A DNA stretch of 64,000 nt from an uncultured Burkholderiales bacterium. Lineage in GTDB: Bacteria; Pseudomonadota; Gammaproteobacteria; Burkholderiales; Burkholderiaceae_C. Under the pieces are notes generated by a model. That model did no database searches, had not been told where the DNA came from, and worked only from the letters and a program-made list of their open reading frames with translations. Of the stretch, positions 57,823 through 64,000 are shown one piece after another (position 1 is the stretch's first letter; every line of letters begins with the position of its first letter). A program made the translations under genes and the position numbers. The DNA is taken from NCBI GenBank assembly GCA_966211815.1, contig CBIHOD010000005.1, positions 55,803-119,802 on the forward strand, read 5' to 3'.

Positions 57823-58292
57823 GTTACAAGCGCATCCTCGTGCCGGTCGATTTCTCGGCCGACTCGCTGCACGCGCTCGAAGTCGCCGCCAGGGAGTTCG
57901 CCTCGCTGGGCAGCAGCCTGGTCCTGCTGCACGTCTTCGAGCCGCCGATGGACGCCAGGGCGGCCACGCCCTACATGTCGCGCGAGCACCTGCAGATGGT
58001 GTCGCGCGCGCAGGCGGAGGGCGGGCAGCCCGCCGACCCCGCCGAGATCCACTTGCAGCAGCTGAAGAACCTGGCCGCGCCGCTGACCTGCGCCTGGAAG
58101 GAACTGCAGACCGTGGTGCGCACCGGGCAGCCCACCGACCGGATCATCGAAGCCGCCGAGCAGGAAGGCGTCGACCTGGTCATCATGGGTTCCCATGGCA
58201 TCGGCGGCCTGGGGAAGATGCTGTTCGGCAGCACGACCTACGACGTGGCGCGCAAAGTGAAATGCGCGGTGCTGATCAGCAAGCGTTCCTGA
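57819..58292 (+). CDS. Universal stress protein (UspA family)
   Basis: ILVPVDFSADS … DLVIMGSHGIGGLGKMLFGSTTYDVARKVKCAVLI. AGGAGG RBS. Confidence 0.88.
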   Translation: MSYKRILVPVDFSADSLHALEVAAREFASLGSSLVLLHVFEPPMDARAATPYMSREHLQMVSRAQAEGGQPADPAEIHLQQLKNLAAPLTCAWKELQTVVRTGQPTDRIIEAAEQEGVDLVIMGSHGIGGLGKMLFGSTTYDVARKVKCAVLISKRS

Positions 58293-58328
58293 ACGGCGCG
58301 ACCGCCGTCTTCGCCGAGGCACCCGTTT

Positions 58329-59099
58329 TTGCTCGCCCTCAAGCTCCTGCTGATCGCATCGACCGTCTACCTGTCGTCGATGGCCGCGCGCTTCGGCGGC
58401 CACCGCCTGTCCGGCCTGATCACCGGCATGCCGATGATCATCGGCCCGATCTTCGCGTTGCTGCTGCACGACCACGGCCCGGCACGCACCGGCGAGATCG
58501 CCCTGGCCACCCTGGTGTGCTTTCCCGCGACCCTGATGCATTCCGTGGTGTTCGCCTGGGCTTGTCGACGGATGCACTGGGTGGCCTGCCTGTTGCTGGC
58601 CACGTTGGCCTACCTGCTGTGCGCCCTGGCGCTCAACGCGTTGGCGTTGCCGCCCATGGCCGTGGGCGCGATCGCGGCGCTGTCCCCGGCGGCGGCCCTG
58701 CGCCTGATGCCGGCCGTGCCCGGCGGCGGTGCGGGCGCGGGCGCCGCGGTGCGCATCCCGCGGCAGGAGTTGGTGCTGCGCATCGCGGCCGCCCTGGCCA
58801 TGGCGGCGTCCATCATCGTCGGGGCCGACTTCCTGCCGGTCTTCGTCAGCGGCCTGCTGCTGGCCGTGCCGATCACCGGCGCCGTGCTGCCGTGCTTCAC
58901 GCTGCCGCGCTACGGCGCCGCCGCCACCGTCCAGCTGCTCGGCGGGTTCGCCCGGGGGTTGCACGGTTTTTGCGCATTCGTCCTGCTGATGTACATGTTG
59001 CTGCCGGTTTTGCCGGGGCCGGCCGCTTTTTGCCTGTCGTTGCTGGCCGCTGCCCTCGCGGGCTGGGCTGCCAGCCGCAGGCCGGCTTTCAAGCGCTGA
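58329..59099 (+). CDS. Integral membrane protein, function unknown
   Basis: About 8 hydrophobic helices and a TTG start. No motif recognised. Confidence 0.45.
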   Translation: MLALKLLLIASTVYLSSMAARFGGHRLSGLITGMPMIIGPIFALLLHDHGPARTGEIALATLVCFPATLMHSVVFAWACRRMHWVACLLLATLAYLLCALALNALALPPMAVGAIAALSPAAALRLMPAVPGGGAGAGAAVRIPRQELVLRIAAALAMAASIIVGADFLPVFVSGLLLAVPITGAVLPCFTLPRYGAAATVQLLGGFARGLHGFCAFVLLMYMLLPVLPGPAAFCLSLLAAALAGWAASRRPAFKR

Positions 59100-59985
59100 A
59101 GAGCTGGCGCCTGGCCGCCGTCTGGATCGCCACCACGCAGGGGTGGGTGATGCGCCGTTCCACCGACACCGCGTAGAACTCCTCGACCAGCTCGCTGCTG
59201 CGGCCGAGCACTTCGACCGCGTACTGGGCCGCGGTCTCTTTCTCCATCACCGTGGGCGACATGAAAACGCCGCGGCCCTGCTTGCCGAAAGCGTTCATCA
59301 GCGCCCCGTCGTCGAACTCGCCGACGATGCGCGGCCGCAGCTGCCGGCGCGCCAGCCAGCCGTCCAGCTCCGCCCGCACCGGCGACGAGGCGCCCTGGAT
59401 CAGCATCGGCGCCCCGTCCAGGCAGGCAGGGAATTCGCCCTTCAGGCGCGCTTTCAAGGTGGGCGCGCAAAAAAAGGTCATCGTGCTCGTGCCCAGCAAA
59501 TGGTTGAACGCCTTGACGCTGACGCGTCGCGACAACGGCTCGTCCGCCAGCACCAGGTCCAGGCGGTGCAGGGCGAGCTGGGCCAGCAGGTCGGAGAATT
59601 TGCCTTCGTGGCAGACCATGCGCACCGGCTCGGCCACCGCCATCGCCGGTGCCAGCATGTGGTACGCCAGGGACTTGGGCACCGAATCGGCCACGCCCAC
59701 CCGGAAATCCAGCACCTGCTCTCGGCCGGTGTCCAGCCGCAGGACGGACTCCATCTCCGCGCCCAGCCCGAAGATCTCGTCCGCATAGCTCAACGCCACC
59801 CGGCCGTCGTCGGTGAGTTCGAGCCGGCGGCCCGCTTTGCGGAACAGCTTTCGGCCCAGCCGCTCCTCCAGGAGCTTGATTTGCCCGGAGAGCGTTTGCG
59901 GCGTGGTGTGCAGCTGTTCGGCGGCGCGCATCACGCCGCCGGCCTTGGCGACCACCCAGAAATAGTGAAGGTGCTTGAAATTCAT
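59089..59985 (-). CDS. LysR-family transcriptional regulator (NhaR-like)
   Basis: MNFKHLHYFWVVAKAGGVMRAAEQLHTTPQTLSGQIKLLEERLG is the NhaR-type wHTH. Confidence 0.87.
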   Translation of the reverse strand: MNFKHLHYFWVVAKAGGVMRAAEQLHTTPQTLSGQIKLLEERLGRKLFRKAGRRLELTDDGRVALSYADEIFGLGAEMESVLRLDTGREQVLDFRVGVADSVPKSLAYHMLAPAMAVAEPVRMVCHEGKFSDLLAQLALHRLDLVLADEPLSRRVSVKAFNHLLGTSTMTFFCAPTLKARLKGEFPACLDGAPMLIQGASSPVRAELDGWLARRQLRPRIVGEFDDGALMNAFGKQGRGVFMSPTVMEKETAAQYAVEVLGRSSELVEEFYAVSVERRITHPCVVAIQTAARRQLFSA

Positions 59986-60156
59986 GGTGCTTCCCTGGGA
60001 AAGTGCCGGAAACTCTACGAAAAAAACGAAGTTGAAAATCAATAAATACGAATTTACGCGAAGTGTAGTCCCCGATAAATTTCAATTCCGGCAACGGGTT
60101 CCCGGCTCTTGGGGCCCCGATCTTCAACGCCACTTGGCTTGTCTAAGGAGAACAGC

Positions 60157-60687
60157 ATGCGCATGAGTACCAAAGGCCGTTTCGCCGTCACCGCCATGAT
60201 GGAAGTCGCCCTGCGCGAGCGTGGCGGGCCCGTCAGCCTGGCGGGCATCGGCGAACGCCAGAACATGTCCCTGTCCTATCTGGAGCAACTCTTCAGCCGC
60301 CTGCGCCGCCACGGGTTGGTCGAAAGCACACGCGGCCCGGGTGGCGGTTACACGCTCGGTCGCCGCGCCCAGGACATCACCGTGGCCGACATCGTCGTGG
60401 CGGTCGACAGCGAAGGCGAAGAGGCGCAGCAGCGCGGCCAGGGCGGCGACGTCCCCCAGAACCTGACCGGCGACCTGTGGCGCAAGCTCGACGCCAAGAT
60501 GATCGAGTACATGGACGCGATCACCTTGCGCTCCCTGGTCGACGAGCAGCTGGCCCAGGGCTTGAAGGTGGACGTCAAGCCGGCCAAGCGCGGACTGGTG
60601 GCCAAGATCTCGCAAAGCGCGGGCCTGCGCATCACCGCCCCCAACTCGGTGTTCGCTTTCGGCCGGTCCTTCCGGCCCGCGTCCTGA
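60157..60687 (+). CDS. Rrf2-family (IscR-like) transcriptional regulator with no cysteine residues
   Basis: MRMSTKGRFAVTAMMEVALRE…LSYLEQLFSRLRRHGLVESTRGPGGGYTL is IscR-like. The region that normally holds the Cys ligands reads SEGEEAQQRGQGGDVPQNLTGDLW. Confidence 0.87.
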   Translation: MRMSTKGRFAVTAMMEVALRERGGPVSLAGIGERQNMSLSYLEQLFSRLRRHGLVESTRGPGGGYTLGRRAQDITVADIVVAVDSEGEEAQQRGQGGDVPQNLTGDLWRKLDAKMIEYMDAITLRSLVDEQLAQGLKVDVKPAKRGLVAKISQSAGLRITAPNSVFAFGRSFRPAS

Positions 60688-60711
60688 GCGCTTTCCCCTT
60701 CCTCGACCGAC

Positions 60712-60740
60712 AGCCCGCCCCGCGCGGGCTTTTTTTTTTG
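60712..60740 (+). terminator. Rho-independent terminator after the Rrf2 gene
   Basis: AGCCCGC-cccgc-GCGGGCT followed by T10. Confidence 0.65.
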
Positions 60741-60845
60741 GTGTGGGTGTAAGAGGCCCGGGGATGAGGCTGACCAAGCAGTGCCTGGCGCCGGTGCACG
60801 GCCGGCCGCCAAGGCATCACCTCAAACCCATCAGGAGATCCCGAC

Positions 60846-61154
60846 ATGACCACCACCCCGCGCAACCCCCACGCCGCCATCGCCGCCTCCGCCCTGGCCT
60901 CCCTGCTCGCCCTGGGCATCGTCGGCCCGGCGTCAGCCCAGGACAAAGCCGCCTCCGGCAAGGAGAAGTGCTACGGCATCGCCAAGGCCGGCCAGAACGA
61001 TTGCGCCAACCTGTCGGGCTCGCATTCCTGCGCCGGGCAGAGCAAGGTGGACAACGGGCCCGATGAATGGAAATACGTCGCCAAAGGCACCTGCGCCAGC
61101 ATGAAGGGCATGACGGCGGAGGAAGCGAAGAAGAAAAGCGCCGCGGGCAAGTGA
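60846..61154 (+). CDS. bufA: DUF2282-type bufferin precursor peptide (BufA1-like), Sec signal peptide plus 4-Cys core
   Basis: AGGAGA RBS. Leader ends …GPASA/QDK. Core is [26 protein letters not shown]…KGTCAS (C-x10-C-x8-C-x20-C). Confidence 0.85.
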   Translation: MTTTPRNPHAAIAASALASLLALGIVGPASAQDKAASGKEKCYGIAKAGQNDCANLSGSHSCAGQSKVDNGPDEWKYVAKGTCASMKGMTAEEAKKKSAAGK

Positions 61155-62086
61155 TCCGGCCCCTCCAGCAAACGCTGCCCGCCGTGGAGACGCCGACCCT
61201 GCACCAGTCGCGCCGGTCCGCCGACGAAAAAGTCTGCGGCATCGGCTGGCGCCAGCCCCACTATGGGGAGCTGCTGCGGCGGAACGAATCGCCGGCCTTC
61301 CTGGAGGTGCACTCCGAGAACTTCTTCTGCGAAGGCGGCGCGGCCCTGGAAGTGCTGCGCCAGGGCAGGGCGCGCCATCCCATCAGCCTCCACGGCGTGG
61401 GCTTGTCGCTGGGCTCGGCCGCCGGCCTGGACGACTGGCACCTGGACCGGCTCGCTGCCCTGGTGGCGGCCATCGAACCGGTGCGGGTGTCCGACCATGC
61501 CAGCTTCGCGCGGGCGCCCCTGCCGGGCGGGGCGGCGACGGTGCACGCCAACGACCTGCTGCCGGTGGCCTTCACCGAGGCGTCGCTGGCCATCATGGCG
61601 GCCAACGTTTCGCGGGTGCAGGACAGGCTCAAGCGCCCCATCCTGGTGGAGAACCTTTCCGCCTACCTGGCCTGGGCCGACGACGAGATCGCCGAGCCGG
61701 CGTTTTTCAATGAACTCGCGAGTCGCACCGGCTGCGGCCTGCTCCTGGACGTGAACAACCTCGTCGTCAACGCCGTGAACGCGGGGCGGGAGCCGGTCGC
61801 CGCCTCGGCGGCCTGGATCGACGCGTTGCGACCCGGAATCGTCGGCGAGGTCCACCTGGCGGGTTATGCGGACAGCGGCGACGGCCTGGCGGTCGACGAC
61901 CACGGCAGCCGCGTGCGCGAGCCGGTCTGGTCGGTCTACCGCCATGCGGTCGCGGCGCTGGGCGCCTGCCCCACGCTCATCGAATGGGACACGGACGTGC
62001 CGGCGCTGGACGTCCTGCTGTGCGAAGCCGCCCGGGCCGAACGGGAGTGCGCGCGTGCGCAGGCATGCCGGAAGGAGGCCGCGTGA
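61151..62086 (+). CDS. bufB: DUF692 multinuclear non-heme iron oxidase (MNIO, BufB-like)
   Basis: [51 protein letters not shown] and LIEWDTD motif series. The GTG start overlaps the bufA stop; the start codon is tentative. Confidence 0.85.
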   Translation: MIRPLQQTLPAVETPTLHQSRRSADEKVCGIGWRQPHYGELLRRNESPAFLEVHSENFFCEGGAALEVLRQGRARHPISLHGVGLSLGSAAGLDDWHLDRLAALVAAIEPVRVSDHASFARAPLPGGAATVHANDLLPVAFTEASLAIMAANVSRVQDRLKRPILVENLSAYLAWADDEIAEPAFFNELASRTGCGLLLDVNNLVVNAVNAGREPVAASAAWIDALRPGIVGEVHLAGYADSGDGLAVDDHGSRVREPVWSVYRHAVAALGACPTLIEWDTDVPALDVLLCEAARAERECARAQACRKEAA

Positions 62087-62955
62087 TGGATCCGGACTCC
62101 ACGGCCCAGCACGCGCGAGGCGGCCGCGAGCGCGAGCTGTCGCGCCAAAAGCTCTTGCTGGGCAGTTTGGCGATCGACCGTGAACCATCCGCGCTGCGCG
62201 GTTGGTTGAAGACGTCGCCCGCGCGGCCACGGCCTGACGGCGACCCGGCGCACCGGGGCTGGCAGGTTTACCAGGCCAACGCCCATGCCGGCGCCGCCCG
62301 CGCGCTCGCCTCGGCCTTTCCCACGGTGCGGGCGCTGGTGGGCGAGGCTTCCTTCGAGGCGATGGCCCGGGCTTATTGGCATGCCTGTCCACCGGTCCGG
62401 GGCGACTTGTCCTGGCTGGGCGAAGGCTTGCCCGAATTCATCGACACCGCCGAGTGTCTGGCCGACGAACCCTACCTGGCAGACAGCGCCCGCCTCGATT
62501 GGGCGCTGCACCGCTGCGAAGCCGCCGCCGACACCGACCCCGCCGGCCTGGCCAGCCTGTCGGCCTTGGCCGACGCGCCGCCGGACAAGCTGCGGCTTTG
62601 GTTGGCGCCAGGCGCGCGGCTGATCCGCAGCGCCCACCCCATCGTCGCTGTCTGGAAGGCGCACCAGGCGCTGTCCGACGGCGCCGTCGATCCTTTCGCG
62701 CCGGTGCGGGAAGCCTTCGCCAATAGGCGCGGCGAATGCGCCTGGGTGCGGCGCGAGGGCTGGCGCGCAGGCGTCGAAGCCGTCGACGAACCCACGGCCG
62801 CCTTCATCGACGCCTTGGCGCCGGATGCCGGGTCACCGCATGCCGGCAGCCTGGCGCAGGCACTGCATGCCGCCGGTCCGGGCTGGCGATTCGACGCCTG
62901 GCTCCTGGATGCGGCGCGGCGTGGGTTCGTCAGTCATTTGGAGCGCCTGGCCTGA
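62086..62955 (+). CDS. bufC: DUF2063-type MNIO partner protein (BufC-like)
   Basis: TGATG overlap with the MNIO gene and a GGAAGGAGG RBS. YQANAHAGAARALASAFPTVRALVGEASFEAMARAYW… is typical of DUF2063. Confidence 0.78.
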   Translation: MDPDSTAQHARGGRERELSRQKLLLGSLAIDREPSALRGWLKTSPARPRPDGDPAHRGWQVYQANAHAGAARALASAFPTVRALVGEASFEAMARAYWHACPPVRGDLSWLGEGLPEFIDTAECLADEPYLADSARLDWALHRCEAAADTDPAGLASLSALADAPPDKLRLWLAPGARLIRSAHPIVAVWKAHQALSDGAVDPFAPVREAFANRRGECAWVRREGWRAGVEAVDEPTAAFIDALAPDAGSPHAGSLAQALHAAGPGWRFDAWLLDAARRGFVSHLERLA

Positions 62956-63043
62956 CCGCGCGACGGCCGCATGCGCGGAACCCGTCGCCTGGATCCAGCC
63001 CTTTTCACCACCACTTCCCATTTTCAAGAACAGGATTCCACCG

Positions 63044-63538
63044 ATGGCTTCATGGATCACCCTCCCCACCGTCCTGCGCAAGGCGCACGCCAAGGCCGCC
63101 GCGGCCCTGGAATCGCTGCAGCCCGCCGCGCAACTGGCGGCCCGGCTTTATGTGGGCCAGGTGTTTTTCCTTTCTGGCTTGACCAAAGTGCGCGATTGGG
63201 AAACCACCCTGGCGCTGTTCAACGACGAATACCGGGTGCCCCTGTTGCCGCCCGAGGCGGCCGCCTGGGCCGGCACCGCCGGCGAGCTGGCGTTGCCAGT
63301 GCTGCTGGTGCTGGGCTTGGGCGGGCGATTCGCCGCGCTCGGCTTGTCGGTGCTGAACATCGTCGCGGTCCTCAGCCTGACGGACATCGCGCCGGCGGCG
63401 CTGCAGCAGCACGAGTTCTGGGGAAGCCTCTTGTTGGCGTTGTTGCTTTGGGGGCCGGGTCGCTGGTCCCTGGACGCCTGGCTGGTGCGGAGGCTGGCCC
63501 GGAGCGAAAGCGGGCGTTTGGCGGCGCCCCGGATTTGA
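63044..63538 (+). CDS. DoxX-family inner-membrane protein
   Basis: LAARLYVGQVFFLSGLTKV … GELALPVLLVLGLGGRFAALGL … LLLWGPGRWSLD pattern (4 TM helices). Confidence 0.8.
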   Translation: MASWITLPTVLRKAHAKAAAALESLQPAAQLAARLYVGQVFFLSGLTKVRDWETTLALFNDEYRVPLLPPEAAAWAGTAGELALPVLLVLGLGGRFAALGLSVLNIVAVLSLTDIAPAALQQHEFWGSLLLALLLWGPGRWSLDAWLVRRLARSESGRLAAPRI

Positions 63539-63794
63539 GGCGAGCGAAGGGGCGCCGGAAATCCCCGGCGCGGGTTCGCAGAGCGGTGGTTCGCGGCCGA
63601 TTCCCGGGGCTGGCCGGGCCCTGAAATCGCACCTCGGCCAGCCTGGACGGGATCGGCGTCGCGAAGCCCTTGGGCGCGGGAGGGCGTGCAGGCAGGCGCT
63701 CACCGCGACAATACGGCCTGGCAACCGCTGGCGGGTCCGCCGAGGACTCCCGCCGCGGCTTGGCCGAACCCTTCCTCCGCTCCTTCTTCACGGC

Positions 63795-64000
63795 ATGAAA
63801 CATTTGGTCTTGCTGGGCTGCGGTCGCGCCCATGTGCAGGTGCTGGCGCAGCTGGCCCGTTCGCCCTTGCCCGGTGTCGAGGCGACGCTGGTGTCGCCGC
63901 AATCCGGCTTCATCGACCCCGGCATGCTGGCCCGCTGGCTGGCCGGCCTTGGGGGGATCGAGGACTGCAGTCTGCCGGTCGCGGCGCTGGCCGATGCCGC
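63795..64000 (+). CDS. FAD/NAD(P)-binding oxidoreductase, N-terminal fragment (runs off the window)
   Basis: MKHLVLLGCGRAHVQVLAQL Rossmann-type dinucleotide motif. Only 68 codons are visible. Confidence 0.45.
   Translation, partial: MKHLVLLGCGRAHVQVLAQLARSPLPGVEATLVSPQSGFIDPGMLARWLAGLGGIEDCSLPVAALADA

Noticed and set aside
61067-61150. ATG at 61067 as the start of the MNIO gene
   Set aside because: It would overlap the precursor-peptide gene by 88 nt in another frame and add a non-conserved basic tail. The GTG at 61151 overlapping the bufA stop is more plausible, though still tentative.

Overview
High-GC chromosomal segment that looks betaproteobacterial, probably Burkholderiales or Comamonadaceae-like. 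That placement rests only on gene content and order (lpxH-ppiB-ppiA-TPR / cysS, accA-tilS-lysC-tRNA-Ser).

Layout:
- 0-10 kb is a housekeeping core: mtfA, lpxH, two cyclophilins, cysS, a DNA glycosylase, accA, tilS, lysC and tRNA-Ser(GCU).
- Downstream of the tRNA the content becomes accessory. It starts with two hypothetical envelope proteins and a 0.55-kb AT-rich leader.
- Next is a visibly lower-GC four-gene signalling module: stand-alone REC, HD-GYP phosphodiesterase, family-3 solute-binding protein and a PAS histidine kinase.
- Stress and repair genes follow: hemerythrin, AlkB-like, esterase, fumC and fpr.
- A BMP-type ABC importer sits beside a membrane GGDEF cyclase.
- A leaderless peptidoglycan hydrolase is translationally coupled to a small secreted protein. 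I read this as effector/immunity-like.
- A heptose-type HAD phosphatase, a nucleotidyltransferase and a GTP-cyclohydrolase-II gene follow.
- An orphan 851-aa GspE/PilB-family ATPase carries four tandem MshEN-type 24-residue motifs, which suggests c-di-GMP binding.
- A 15-kb same-strand catabolic/transport cluster runs LysR, D-glutamate-cyclase-family hydro-lyase, TRAP DctPQM, an extra DctP, LivKHMGF-type ABC, a fused 1203-aa hydantoinase/5-oxoprolinase, an unknown protein and Usp.
- At the 3' end is a DUF2282 / DUF692 (MNIO) / DUF2063 / DoxX operon. This is the bufferin-type RiPP architecture and is the most interesting system I can support.

I saw no CRISPR array, rRNA, transposase or integrase. 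Many long ORFs in the track are antisense or out-of-frame shadows typical of high-GC DNA and were not called. All domain calls come from motif recognition by eye, not database searches.
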